Positions 1 through 9,747 of a stretch of DNA of 64,000 nucleotides are shown here, one piece after another. Source of the stretch: Pseudomonadales bacterium (lineage in GTDB: Bacteria > Pseudomonadota > Gammaproteobacteria > Pseudomonadales > Azotimanducaceae); the NCBI GenBank assembly GCA_021295895.1, contig JAGWBM010000029.1:25857-89856 (forward strand), given 5' to 3'. A program made the position numbers and the translations under genes. Positions within the stretch are counted from its first letter, which is position 1, and each line of letters begins with the position of its first letter. The notes below the pieces were generated by a model. It was not told the origin of the DNA, searched no databases, and saw nothing but the letters and a program-made list of their open reading frames with translations.

Positions 1-684
1 CATCAACGTGGCCCCGCGGTACCAAGGCATGTTGTCGGACGGATGGACGACGTTGTCTCCGTGAAGTGCGGAAATCGGTATGAATTGCAGTTCCCCAACG
101 GCAAGTCGGGAGGCGAAGTCGAGGAAGTCGTTGCGGATCTCGTCGAATACCCGCTCGGCGTAGGCCACCTCGTCCATCTTGTTGACCGCGGCGATCAAGT
201 GGCGAATTCCGAGCAGGCGCGCGATGAACGAGTGGCGCCGGGTCTGGGGAAGTACGCCGTTGCGCGCATCGATGAGAATCACCGCGACGTCGCAGGTCGA
301 CGCGCCGGTTGCCATGTTGCGGGTGTACTGCTCGTGACCGGGCGTGTCGGCGATGATGAACTTGCGTTTGGCCGTGGAGAAATACCGGTAAGCAACGTCG
401 ATCGTGATCCCTTGCTCCCGCTCCGCCTGAAGGCCATCCACCAGGAGCGCCAGGTCCACGCCGTCGCGTTGCGTGCCGGTGGTCTTGCTGTCCCGGCGGA
501 TGGCGTCGAGTTGATCCTCGTAGATCAATTCGGAATCGTGCAGCAGCCGCCCGATCAGCGTGCTCTTGCCGTCGTCGACACTGCCGCAGGTGAGAAAGCG
601 CAGGATTCCCTTGCGCTCGTGCTGCCTCAGGTAGTCGCGGATGTCGCCGCCGCTTTCGGCCAGTTGCGACCCGGTGCTCGCCAT
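1..684 (-). CDS. cysN: Sulfate adenylyltransferase subunit 1 (CysN), N-terminal part; 3' end lies beyond the window start
   Basis: Minus-strand translation from ATG 684 reads [48 protein letters not shown]...[12 protein letters not shown]...NKMD (GTPase G1/G3/G4). ATGA overlap with the cysD stop. Absent from the ORF track because the window edge truncates it. Confidence 0.9.
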   Translation of the reverse strand, partial: MASTGSQLAESGGDIRDYLRQHERKGILRFLTCGSVDDGKSTLIGRLLHDSELIYEDQLDAIRRDSKTTGTQRDGVDLALLVDGLQAEREQGITIDVAYRYFSTAKRKFIIADTPGHEQYTRNMATGASTCDVAVILIDARNGVLPQTRRHSFIARLLGIRHLIAAVNKMDEVAYAERVFDEIRNDFLDFASRLAVGELQFIPISALHGDNVVHPSDNMPWYRGATLM

Positions 685-1592
685 CAGAAGTACCCTTCGC
701 GCTTCTTCTGCTCCATCGACCCCGACACGTCGTGATCGATGAGCCGTCCCTGGCGCTCCGAGTGCGTGGCCAGGAGCATTTCCTGGATGATCTCCGGCAA
801 TGTTGACGCCGTCGACTCGATGGCGCCGGAGAGCGGATAGCAGCCCAAGGTGCGGAACCGCACCGAGCGCATCTCGGGCGCTTCGTCCTCCGCGAGGGGT
901 ATTCGGTCGTCATCCACCATGATGAGCATCCCGTCGCGTTCCACAATGGGGCGCTCGGTCGCGAAATACAGCGGCACGATGTCGATGCCTTCCTGGTAGA
1001 TGTACTGCCAGACGTCGAGTTCGGTCCAGTTCGAGAGCGGGAACACCCGGACCTCCTCGCCCGGATTGATGTTGCCGTTGTAGAGATGCCACAACTCCGG
1101 CCGTTGATTCTTCGGATCCCAGCGGTGGTTCGAGTCGCGTAGCGAATAGACCCGTTCCTTGGCCCGGGACTTCTCCTCGTCTCGCCGCGCACCCCCGAAA
1201 CAGGCGTCGAATCCGTGCTCGTCCACGGCGTCGCGAAGCGCTTGGGTCTTCATGATGTCGGTGTACTTCTTGCTGCCGTAGGTAAACGGCGTCACACCGG
1301 CGGCAACGCCTTCCTGGTTCGTGTGGACGATGAGGTCAAGACCCTGCTCCCGGGCGATGCGGTCACGGAAGGCGATCATGTCCTGGAACTTCCACGTCGT
1401 ATCGACATGCAGCAGCGGGAACGGCAGCTTTCCGGGATAGAACGCCTTGCGCGCAAGGTGCAGCAAGACCGACGAGTCCTTGCCGATCGAATAAAGCAGC
1501 ACCGGCCGCTCGAACTCCGCCACCACCTCCCGGAAGATGTGGATGCTCTCGGCCTCGAGTTGCTTCAAGTGGCTTAGGCGTTGGCGCGGCAC
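684..1592 (-). CDS. cysD: Sulfate adenylyltransferase subunit 2 (CysD)
   Basis: 302-aa ORF colinear with E. coli CysD along its full length ([11 protein letters not shown]..., [10 protein letters not shown]-loop, C-terminal [11 protein letters not shown]). GTG start at 1592. Confidence 0.95.
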   Translation of the reverse strand: MPRQRLSHLKQLEAESIHIFREVVAEFERPVLLYSIGKDSSVLLHLARKAFYPGKLPFPLLHVDTTWKFQDMIAFRDRIAREQGLDLIVHTNQEGVAAGVTPFTYGSKKYTDIMKTQALRDAVDEHGFDACFGGARRDEEKSRAKERVYSLRDSNHRWDPKNQRPELWHLYNGNINPGEEVRVFPLSNWTELDVWQYIYQEGIDIVPLYFATERPIVERDGMLIMVDDDRIPLAEDEAPEMRSVRFRTLGCYPLSGAIESTASTLPEIIQEMLLATHSERQGRLIDHDVSGSMEQKKREGYF

Positions 1593-2068
1593 TGGCGTCG
1601 GGTGCGGTTATGGGGTTGGGTATTGTAGTTCTTTACGGGGTGGTTTCTTAGTCGATGGAGTTATAAGCCTGGGTCGGTCAAATCGTCGAACCCGCTGTTC
1701 AAAACCGACTGGGTCCCGGACGCCCGGATTGTTGATATCCGTCGACGGGCCACAGGTCGTTGCAGGCGATTCACAGTCTGTTGCGAGGACTGAACATCGC
1801 CCTTTTCAGTCGCTGATCGTTCGCGTGCCTCCCTGCGGTTGGCCTTGCGTACGGAAATGATGCGGATCGTCGACCCCGTATGGTGTAGGTCACCACGAAC
1901 TCCCGGCCCTCTACCGCACCCAGGAGCCCGTTCGATCAGTTGCAGACGGCACACGAGAGCATGATGTTGCCCATGCCATCCGATCCGCCGGCGCTGTCCA
2001 TCGACCCGATGGGTAGTGCATTCGACAACCTGATCGCGATCATGTGCGCCTCCGGATCGGCAGGCGGA

Positions 2069-3514
2069 TCAGGAAGCATCCCCGGACAATGCCTCTTGAA
2101 GCAACTCGCTGACCCGTCGGGGATTCGCCTTGCCACCGCTGGCTTTCATGGCTTGACCGACGAGGAAACCCAGCACGCGTGTCTTGCCGGATCGTACCTG
2201 CTCGACCTGGGCGGGGTTTGCATCGATCACCCGACGGACGATGGCCGCGATCTCGTCGCTGTCGCTCACTTGCTTGAGGCCGCGGCTCCCGATCAGTTCG
2301 TCGACGTCGCCGCCGTCGTTCCAGAGGGTCTGGAACAAGGACTTTGCGATCTTGCCCGAGATGGAGCCGTCTTCGATCCGCTTGATGAGCTTGCCGAGTT
2401 GCGCTGCGGGAACGGGGACCCTGGTCCAGGCGGCTTCTTCCCGGCGTACGGCGGCGGCGACATCGCCCATGACCCAGTTGGCGGCTGCCTTGGGCTGGCC
2501 GGATGCTGCTGCGGCGGCGTCGAAGTAGGTGGCCGTGTCCGGGTCGACGGTGAGCCAGCGGGCGTCGTAGTCGGTGAGGCCGAGCTCCTCGACGTAGCGT
2601 CGGCGCTTGGCAGTCGGCAGTTCCGGCAGCGTGGCCCGTGCTTCGTCGAGCATCGATTCCGTGACCATCACCGGCAGCAGGTCGGGATCGGGGAAGTAAC
2701 GGTAGTCGTCGGACAGTTCCTTGCCCCGCATCGGTCGGGTCTCGTCGCGTTCGGCGTCGTAGAGGAGCGTCTGGCGTTCGACCCTGCCGCCGGATTCGAG
2801 CACGTCGATCTGCCGTTCGATCTCGAACGCGAGCGCCTTGTCGAGGAATCGGAACGAGTTCAGGTTCTTGATCTCCGTTCGCTCGCCCAGTTCCGTCGAG
2901 CCTCGCTGGCGCACCGAGATGTTGGCGTCGCAACGCATGGAGCCCTCGTTGAGGTTGCCGTCGCAGATTCCCAGGGTTCGAACGAGCGTGTGCAGGGTCC
3001 TGAAATAACGACCGGCTTCTTCCGGGGAGGCGAGTTCGGGTTCGCTGACCACTTCGAGGAGCGGCGTCCCCGCGCGGTTCAGATCGATTCCGGTCTTGCC
3101 TTGGTAGTCTTCGTGGAGCGACTTGCCGGCATCCTCTTCCAGATGGGCACGGGTGAGCCGGATGCGTTTGGTCGAACCGTCCTCGTTTTCGATATCCAGG
3201 TGACCGCCGGTTACGATCGGCTCGTCGAGTTGGCTGATCTGGTAGCCCTTGGGCAGGTCGGGATAGAAATAACTCTTGCGGTCGAAGCGGCACCGTTCGG
3301 CGATGTCGCCCTCGACTGCGAGCCCGAACACGATCGCCATGCGTACTGCCTCGCCGTTCAGCACGGGTAGGACGCCGGGTAGCGCAAGGTCCACGGCGCA
3401 AGCCTGCGTATTGGGTGGCGCGCCGAATGCGGTGGGGGCCCCGGAGAAGATCTTGGTGCGGGTCTTCAGTTGGACATGGGCCTCGAGCCCGATGACGCTT
3501 TCCCAATCGCTCAC
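2069..3514 (-). CDS. gatB: Asp/Glu-tRNA amidotransferase subunit B (GatB)
   Basis: Lies in the frame of ORF 2069..3772. The conserved N-terminus [17 protein letters not shown] begins at GTG 3514 (GTGA overlap with the gatA stop). The upstream part of the ORF is Arg-rich nonsense. Confidence 0.9.
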   Translation of the reverse strand: MSDWESVIGLEAHVQLKTRTKIFSGAPTAFGAPPNTQACAVDLALPGVLPVLNGEAVRMAIVFGLAVEGDIAERCRFDRKSYFYPDLPKGYQISQLDEPIVTGGHLDIENEDGSTKRIRLTRAHLEEDAGKSLHEDYQGKTGIDLNRAGTPLLEVVSEPELASPEEAGRYFRTLHTLVRTLGICDGNLNEGSMRCDANISVRQRGSTELGERTEIKNLNSFRFLDKALAFEIERQIDVLESGGRVERQTLLYDAERDETRPMRGKELSDDYRYFPDPDLLPVMVTESMLDEARATLPELPTAKRRRYVEELGLTDYDARWLTVDPDTATYFDAAAAASGQPKAAANWVMGDVAAAVRREEAAWTRVPVPAAQLGKLIKRIEDGSISGKIAKSLFQTLWNDGGDVDELIGSRGLKQVSDSDEIAAIVRRVIDANPAQVEQVRSGKTRVLGFLVGQAMKASGGKANPRRVSELLQEALSGDAS

Positions 3515-5070
3515 GATCGCCCCATCGCCGGGCCGGCGCTTTGCATTCGCTGTGCGCCGCCGCCGCTGCCGGCCGAGCCACGGCGCCCCTCCATGGAATA
3601 TCTGCCGCCGCTCGTGTCGCTTGCCCGGGCGTTTGTTCCATGGACGGCCGGTGTCCGCTGGTGCCAGTCTGTCTCCCGCTGGAACGACTCGGCGAGGGAG
3701 AGCAGTCGATCTTCGCCGAAGTGCGGGGCGATGATCTGCATCCCGACAGGCAGTCCGTCGACGATCCCGCACGGAATACTCAGTGCCGGCAGGCCGGCCA
3801 GGCTTGCGGGGACGGTGTAAACGTCCTGCGCGTACATGACCGTTGGGTCTTTGGTCTCGTCGGGCGCGACGAGTGCGCCTTTCTCGAACGCCGTGGAAGG
3901 CGTGGAGGGTGCCAGGATCAGGTCGACGGTCTCGAACGCGTCGAGAAAGTCCTGCCGGACCAGGCGGCGCAGCCGCTGCGCCTTGCGGTAGTAGGCATCG
4001 TAGTAACCGATCGACAGGGCATAGGTGCCGGTGAGGATACGGCGCTTCACCTCCGCGCCGAATCCCTCGCTGCGCGATCGCGCGTACAGGTCGTCGAGGT
4101 CGACGGGCGACTCGGCGCGGTGTCCGAAGCGGACGCCGTCGTACCGCGACAGGTTGGTGGACGCCTCCGCGCTCGCGACGACGTAGTACGCGGCCGTCGC
4201 GTAGGCGGTATGTGGCAAGGAGATTTCCAGGCGCCCGTGACCCAGACGCTCGAGGATTGCCGCAGCGTCATCTACGGTTGCGGCGAAGTATTCCCGGGGG
4301 ATTCCTATTCGCAGGCCGGTTCCGTCCGTCTCGTGCGGCGTGGGGCCGACATCCGCGCTGGTGGAGTCGAGCGGATCGTGACCCTCCATGTGTTGCAGCA
4401 GCAGGCGCAGATCCTCGGCCGAACGCGCCATCGGTCCGCCCTGGTCGAGGCTGGACGCGAACGCCACCATCCCGTAGCGCGATACCCGCCCGTAGGTGGG
4501 TTTCAAGCCGCTGATCCCGCACAGAGCGGCGGGTTGCCGAATCGACCCGCCCGTGTCGGTGGCGGTGGCTGCGGGAACCAGACCGGCGGCAACGGCCGCG
4601 GCGGAACCGCCCGACGACCCGCCGGGCACCCGCGTCGCGTCCCAGGGGTTGGATACCGGTCCGAAGTAGCTGTTCTCGTTCGACGAGCCCATGGCGAACT
4701 CGTCCATGTTCGTCTTGCCGAGCATGATCGCGCCGGAATCGCGCAACTTGGTGACCACGGTGGCGTCGTAGGGCGGCACGAACTCGGAGAGCATCCGCGA
4801 TGCGCAGGTGGTACGCACGCCCGCCGTACAGAACACGTCCTTGTGGGCGATCGGGACGCCGACGAGGCCCGTTTGTCCCTGGCAGGCGATGCGCTTGTCG
4901 GCCTCCCCGGCGGCGGCGAGGGCGTCTTCTTCGCAGACGGTAACGAAGCTGTTGAGGTCGCTCGCAGCGATGCGGTCCAAGCGCTCCCGGGCAAGTTCCA
5001 CGGCGCTGGTCGTCTTGGACTTGAGCGCGGCACGAATATCCTCGATCGTCGCGAACCGCCCGACGGTCAT
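3511..5070 (-). CDS. gatA: Asp/Glu-tRNA amidotransferase subunit A (GatA), with an unusual C-terminal tail of about 35 aa
   Basis: 519-aa ORF with the amidase signature ([25 protein letters not shown]). ATGA overlap with the gatC stop. Confidence 0.93.
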   Translation of the reverse strand: MTVGRFATIEDIRAALKSKTTSAVELARERLDRIAASDLNSFVTVCEEDALAAAGEADKRIACQGQTGLVGVPIAHKDVFCTAGVRTTCASRMLSEFVPPYDATVVTKLRDSGAIMLGKTNMDEFAMGSSNENSYFGPVSNPWDATRVPGGSSGGSAAAVAAGLVPAATATDTGGSIRQPAALCGISGLKPTYGRVSRYGMVAFASSLDQGGPMARSAEDLRLLLQHMEGHDPLDSTSADVGPTPHETDGTGLRIGIPREYFAATVDDAAAILERLGHGRLEISLPHTAYATAAYYVVASAEASTNLSRYDGVRFGHRAESPVDLDDLYARSRSEGFGAEVKRRILTGTYALSIGYYDAYYRKAQRLRRLVRQDFLDAFETVDLILAPSTPSTAFEKGALVAPDETKDPTVMYAQDVYTVPASLAGLPALSIPCGIVDGLPVGMQIIAPHFGEDRLLSLAESFQRETDWHQRTPAVHGTNARASDTSGGRYSMEGRRGSAGSGGGAQRMQSAGPAMGRS

Positions 5071-5348
5071 TCCACTACCCGCGGCACGAGATAGAGTCCG
5101 TCGCGGACCTCGGGCGCGGTTTCCTGGAACCGGTTCCGGTCGACGACCTCCGAGACGCGGTCGGGCCTCAAAGGCTGCACGCCGTCCAGGGGATGGTCGA
5201 GGGGTTCCACCGCGTCCGTGTCGGCGGATTGCATGGTGTCGATCAGGTGCACGATCTTCTGAAGATTGTCCTTCAGGAGTTCGCGTTCCTGTGCTTCAAG
5301 CCGCAGCGCGGCAAGGCGCATGAGCTTGTCGATGAGGTCTGCGTCCAC
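5067..5348 (-). CDS. gatC: Asp/Glu-tRNA amidotransferase subunit C (GatC)
   Basis: 93-aa ORF, first gene of the gatCAB order. GatC-like C-terminus ...RPDRV...[16 protein letters not shown]. Confidence 0.88.
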   Translation of the reverse strand: MDADLIDKLMRLAALRLEAQERELLKDNLQKIVHLIDTMQSADTDAVEPLDHPLDGVQPLRPDRVSEVVDRNRFQETAPEVRDGLYLVPRVVE

Positions 5349-5538
5349 GTCGGTCCCGAGGTGTTGCTTACCTGCGCGGGATGTTACGACAACGGCACCG
5401 GGAGATGGTTCCTGTCAATGCCCGCCGGCCGCGGGAACCGGCCGTTGGCTTCTCCACATTGTCTCCCGACTTGCGTGTGCCGCGGCCGCGAGCGCCGTGT
5501 TAGAGTGCCTTATTGCCTCAGTTCGCCGCCAATTCCCG

Positions 5539-6573
5539 ATGCTTAGAAACCTCCGCGGGTTGTTTTCGCGGGACCTGTCCATCGACCTTGGTACCGCCAA
5601 CACGCTGATCTACGCCAAGGAGAAGGGGATCATTCTCGATGAACCTTCGGTCGTGGCCATTCGCGAAGATCGTCGCGAGCGGCGTGTCCTGGCCGTCGGC
5701 TCGGACGCCAAGAGAATGCTCGGGCGGACGCCGATCAACATCAAGGCCATCCGCCCTCTGAAGGACGGCGTGATTGCGGACGACACCTACACGAAGGAAA
5801 TGCTTCGGCGTTTCATCGGCAAGGTGCAGGAGAATGCAATTGTCCGTCCGAGTCCGCGGGTGATCGTCAGCGTGCCTTGTCGTTCGACCCTCCTCGAGCG
5901 CAAGGCGATCCGCGATTCGGCGCTGTCGGCGGGTTCGCGGGACGTGCGCCTCATCGAGGAGCCCATGGCGGCGGCCATCGGGGCGGGACTGCCGGTACAC
6001 GAGGCGGTCGGCACGATGGTCGTGGACATCGGCGGCGGCACCACGGAAATCGCGGTCGTCTCGTTGAGTGGCATCGTGTATTCCGACACGGTGCGCGTTG
6101 GGGGCGACCGGTTCGACGAGAACATTCTCAACTACGTCCGGCGTGCCCAGGGCACCCTGATCGGTGAGGCGATGGCGGAGCACATCAAGTACGAAATCGG
6201 TGTCGCCTACCCGCAGCAGGAGGTCCGCGAGATAAGCGTGCGCGGCCGCAACCTTTCGCTGGGCGTGCCGCGCGAGGTCACCCTGAACAGCAACGACATC
6301 CTCGAAGCGCTGCAGGAACCCTTGGCGACGATCGTGCAGGAGGTCAAGAACGCGTTGGAGCACACCCCGCCTGAACTCGCCGCCGACGTCGCCGAGACTG
6401 GCATCGTGCTGACCGGTGGCGGGGCGTTGCTCAAGGACCTCGACGTGTTGATCGCCGAGGAGACGGGTCTGCCCGTCGTCATCGCCGAGGATCCGCTGAC
6501 CTGCGTCGCACGGGGTGCGGGAAAGGCCGTTGAGGACTTCGCCGGCTACGTCGACCTGCTGTGGACGGAGTAG
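5539..6573 (+). CDS. mreB: Rod-shape-determining actin homologue MreB
   Basis: In-frame ATG 5539 gives [25 protein letters not shown]... (344 aa), a classic MreB. The longer ORF from 5266 is an upstream extension. Confidence 0.95.
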   Translation: MLRNLRGLFSRDLSIDLGTANTLIYAKEKGIILDEPSVVAIREDRRERRVLAVGSDAKRMLGRTPINIKAIRPLKDGVIADDTYTKEMLRRFIGKVQENAIVRPSPRVIVSVPCRSTLLERKAIRDSALSAGSRDVRLIEEPMAAAIGAGLPVHEAVGTMVVDIGGGTTEIAVVSLSGIVYSDTVRVGGDRFDENILNYVRRAQGTLIGEAMAEHIKYEIGVAYPQQEVREISVRGRNLSLGVPREVTLNSNDILEALQEPLATIVQEVKNALEHTPPELAADVAETGIVLTGGGALLKDLDVLIAEETGLPVVIAEDPLTCVARGAGKAVEDFAGYVDLLWTE

Positions 6574-6694
6574 CCAGTCCACGCCGCGGTTCCTTAGAAT
6601 CCAAGTAGACGCCCGTTCGCGGGGAACGCATTCACCGGGAATACGGGATCGCCGTCGCGGTCGCGAAAATCCGGCCGTCGGTTGAGGGTGTGGC

Positions 6695-7564
6695 ATGGAA
6701 ACGTTGTTCGGAGCGCGTCAAGCCCGGGTTCGTCCGCTGTTGCTTGGGCTGACGTTGGCGTCGTGTGTCCTATTGGGCATCGAAAAGGCGGGAGTTGGCT
6801 GGTTGGTGCCCGTGCGATCCGTGTTGGCGACGACCGTGGTCCCGGTTCAGTACGTCGCGGAGACGCCGTACCTGATGATGAACTACCTGGTCGAGTTCTT
6901 TTCCACACGCGACCGGCTGATGCGTCGAAACGCTGACCTGGAGCGCGACTTGCTGTTGCACAAGGCAGAGACCGCGCGTACCGATGCCATCTTGGCCGAG
7001 AACGACCGCCTACGCGAACTGCTCAACTCCCGGGCTCGACTGCCGGACGACGTAATCATTGCCGAACTCATCGAGGTCATTCCGGACCCGTCGCGTCAGG
7101 AGATCGTCGTCGACAAGGGGGGTGCCCACGGTGTTGCCGTCGGTCAGGCCGTCATCGACTCGACTGGGGTGTTCGGGCAGGTCGTGGAGACCACGCCGCT
7201 CACCAGCCGTGTGCTGTTGGTCACCGACCCGTCCCACGCCATCCCCGTGCAGGTCATGCGCTCCCAGGTGTTCGCGATCGCCTCGGGCGGAGGCAAGGGT
7301 CCCCACCTGTTGGACAACCCCCCGGTTACGACCGACATCGTGGTCGGCGACGACCTCGTGAGCTCCGGACTTGGCCGTCGATTCCCGCGCGACTACCCGG
7401 TCGGGGTGGTCACGCGGGTCGTGAAAGATCCTGCGCAGCAGTATGCGCAGGTGGTTTGGGAACCCAGCGCGGCGCTGGCCCGGTCGCGGACCGTATTGGT
7501 GGTGCTCGGTGAACGCCAAGACGAAGAACAGCAAGCCCTCGCGGTGGCGGAGGCGGAGGGTTGA
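6695..7564 (+). CDS. mreC: Rod-shape-determining protein MreC
   Basis: 289 aa. N-terminal TM segment, a coiled-coil (LERDLLLHKAE...NDRLRELL), then a beta-rich domain (VIDSTGVFGQVVE...). Position after mreB. Confidence 0.88.
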   Translation: METLFGARQARVRPLLLGLTLASCVLLGIEKAGVGWLVPVRSVLATTVVPVQYVAETPYLMMNYLVEFFSTRDRLMRRNADLERDLLLHKAETARTDAILAENDRLRELLNSRARLPDDVIIAELIEVIPDPSRQEIVVDKGGAHGVAVGQAVIDSTGVFGQVVETTPLTSRVLLVTDPSHAIPVQVMRSQVFAIASGGGKGPHLLDNPPVTTDIVVGDDLVSSGLGRRFPRDYPVGVVTRVVKDPAQQYAQVVWEPSAALARSRTVLVVLGERQDEEQQALAVAEAEG

Positions 7565-8082
7565 ATCCGTTTCGTGGCGGTTGGCTGATCCTCGTCAGCC
7601 TGGTATGTGCCATGGTCCTCGTCGTGGGCCGGGTGGACGCGGCGCCGGATTGGCTGGCTTGGCTCAGGCCGGATTGGGCCGTCGCGGTCATGTTCTATTG
7701 GGGAGTCGCGGCCCCGAGCCGCGTGGGCCCCATGTCCGCATGGGTCGTTGGTTTGTTCTTCGATGTTCTCGTCGCTGGCCCGCTGGGATTGACGGGCATC
7801 TGTCTCGCCTTCGCGACCTACATCGCCAAGCGCTTCGAAGAACGACTGAGCCTCTACACCGTCTGGCAGCAGATGGCAGTGGTGCTCGTCGTCACCGCGA
7901 TCATTCAGGTGATCGAGCGGACGGCCCTGTTCATGCTGGACACCGAGTGGTCGACCTGGGCCGTGCTCGGGACGACGCTGACCACAGCCCTGGTGTACCC
8001 CGTCGTCGCGCTGCTGCTGACCGTTGCCGCACGACGCGTCCAAGTCGAGGGAATGTCGGGACAACTCGGGCGGGCACCGTAG
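7561..8082 (+). CDS. mreD: Rod-shape-determining protein MreD
   Basis: 173-aa polytopic membrane ORF. TTG start overlaps the mreC stop. Position after mreC. Confidence 0.8.
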   Translation: MNPFRGGWLILVSLVCAMVLVVGRVDAAPDWLAWLRPDWAVAVMFYWGVAAPSRVGPMSAWVVGLFFDVLVAGPLGLTGICLAFATYIAKRFEERLSLYTVWQQMAVVLVVTAIIQVIERTALFMLDTEWSTWAVLGTTLTTALVYPVVALLLTVAARRVQVEGMSGQLGRAP

Positions 8083-8238
8083 GGCGAGCCTAACGCGCCC
8101 GTCAGGTCGCGAGGTCGCCCGGATCGGGCGCTTCAATACGGTCGACCGCAAGGGTCGCCCCTACGCGGTATGATCCGTCGTGGCAGCCCTTGAAGACGGG
8201 CGACTTCGCGGCTGTCGCACCCGAAGGTTGGCGCCAGC

Positions 8239-9747
8239 ATGTCCGAAGAAATCCTTGTCGACGTGAATCCATTCGAGACGCGGGTTGCCTTGGTGGTGGA
8301 CGGTACGCTTCGCGAGATCCACATCGAGCGCCCGGCAGGGCGCAGCTTGCGGGGCAACCTATACCGGGGCAAGGTGGATAGGGTGGTCGGTGGCGTACAG
8401 GCCGCATTCGTCGACATCGGCTTGGGCCGGCCGGGGTTTCTCCACGTTCGGGATCTTCACGGCGTGCGCACCGAGACGGGGTGTTCCCCGCCGGATATCT
8501 TGAAGTTGGTGCGGCCCGGGCAGAGCCTATTGGTGCAGGTCGCCAAGGATCCCCTGAACGGCAAGGGCGTACGCCTTACGACGAATTTGGCTCTCGCGGC
8601 ACGTACCGTCGTGCTTCTCCCCTTGGACACGCATATCAGTGTTGCCACGCGCATCGTGGACGCGGACGAGCGGACTCGGCTCAAAGACCTCGTGACGCGG
8701 GTGCGGGCCGAGGTCGGGACGACAACCGGCTACATCGCGCGAACGGCGAGCCAATCGGCTAGCGAAGATCAGGTTCGAGCCGAGGTCGAGGATCTGGACG
8801 GTTTGTGGAAGCGGGTGTCGCGGCGCTACGGTGAGATAGCCAGTGCAATGGACGCTTCAGGGGAGGGCGCGGGGCGCATGGCCGACGCCTGTCTCGTGCA
8901 CGAGGAAGTGTCCATCCCGACGCGCATCGTGCGCGACCTGGCCGGGCCGAAAACACGCGCGATCGTGGTGAACCACACCGATACCTTCCATCGGCTCGAG
9001 GACTACATCAAACGCTGCCTTGCGGAGCTCGCTGAAGCGGTCACGTGCTACGAAGGACGTACGCCGTTGTTCGAATCACGCGGCTTGGAAGCGGCCATCG
9101 ACCGGGCGCTCGACAAGCGTGTGCCCTTGCCGTCGGGCGGCTTTCTCGTGATCGAGCAGACCGAAGCCATGGCCACCGTCGACGTCAACAGCGGGAGCTT
9201 CGTGGACTCTTCCGACCTGGAGTCCACCGCGTTCACGACCAACCTCGAGGCTGCGCGCGAGATTCCCATGCAACTCCGCTTGCGCAACATCGGCGGCATC
9301 ATCGTCGTGGATTTCATCGACATGGTCGAGGAAGATCATCAACGGGCGGTGACGGACGCGCTCGTCGGCGCCGCGTCGGACGATTCCGCACGATTCCGAG
9401 CGTCGGGGTTTTCCGAACTCGGGTTGGTGGAGATCAGCCGGCGCCGTACCCGCGAGAGCTTGGGCCGACAACTCTGCGATACCTGCGAGACGTGTTCCGG
9501 CCGCGCGTTCACCAAGTCGCCACAGAGCGCCTGCTACGACATCTTCCGCGGGATTCGGAAGCAGGCCGCCTCGGTTCGCGAGGGGGTCTCGGAGTACCTC
9601 GTAAGGGCGAGTCAGCGGGTTGTCGACCGCCTTCTCGACGAAGAGGCACCGTACTTCGCCGCGTTGGAACGCGACGTTGCGCGGCCGATTCGACTTCAGG
9701 TAGAGCCGGGCTACGCGTCCGATCAGTTCGATCTGGTGCCGCGTTGA
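8239..9747 (+). CDS. rng: Ribonuclease G (RNase E/G family)
   Basis: 502 aa. N-terminal S1 domain (GNLYRGKVDRVVGGVQAAFVDIGLGRPGFLH) and catalytic core (VDVNSG, GGIIVVDFIDM). Synteny mreBCD-rng-yhdP. Confidence 0.92.
   Translation: MSEEILVDVNPFETRVALVVDGTLREIHIERPAGRSLRGNLYRGKVDRVVGGVQAAFVDIGLGRPGFLHVRDLHGVRTETGCSPPDILKLVRPGQSLLVQVAKDPLNGKGVRLTTNLALAARTVVLLPLDTHISVATRIVDADERTRLKDLVTRVRAEVGTTTGYIARTASQSASEDQVRAEVEDLDGLWKRVSRRYGEIASAMDASGEGAGRMADACLVHEEVSIPTRIVRDLAGPKTRAIVVNHTDTFHRLEDYIKRCLAELAEAVTCYEGRTPLFESRGLEAAIDRALDKRVPLPSGGFLVIEQTEAMATVDVNSGSFVDSSDLESTAFTTNLEAAREIPMQLRLRNIGGIIVVDFIDMVEEDHQRAVTDALVGAASDDSARFRASGFSELGLVEISRRRTRESLGRQLCDTCETCSGRAFTKSPQSACYDIFRGIRKQAASVREGVSEYLVRASQRVVDRLLDEEAPYFAALERDVARPIRLQVEPGYASDQFDLVPR

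Noticed and set aside
1593-1935. Riboswitch or attenuator in the long, lower-GC cysD upstream region, including a TACAAT -10 candidate (plus-strand ATTGTA at 1622-1627)
   Set aside because: I could not recognise any known riboswitch consensus or a convincing terminator/antiterminator pair. The -35 match is poor. It is left as an uncharacterised leader or promoter region.
1940-3641. Very long ORFs antisense to or overlapping gatB (1940..3370 +, 2040..3641 -). Similar shadow ORFs occur throughout, for example 43..735, 5518..6696, 38590..40017 and 58445..59842.
   Set aside because: Their translations are Arg/Pro/Gly-rich low-complexity strings with no recognisable motifs. They lie opposite to or out of frame with clearly homologous genes, as expected for stop-poor frames in GC-rich DNA.
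9045-9743. The 5' 700 nt of the 1479-aa ORF that would make yhdP overlap most of rng
   Set aside because: This part translates to Arg-rich nonsense. The YhdP-type N-terminal TM segment starts right after the rng stop (TTG 9744 / ATG 9774).
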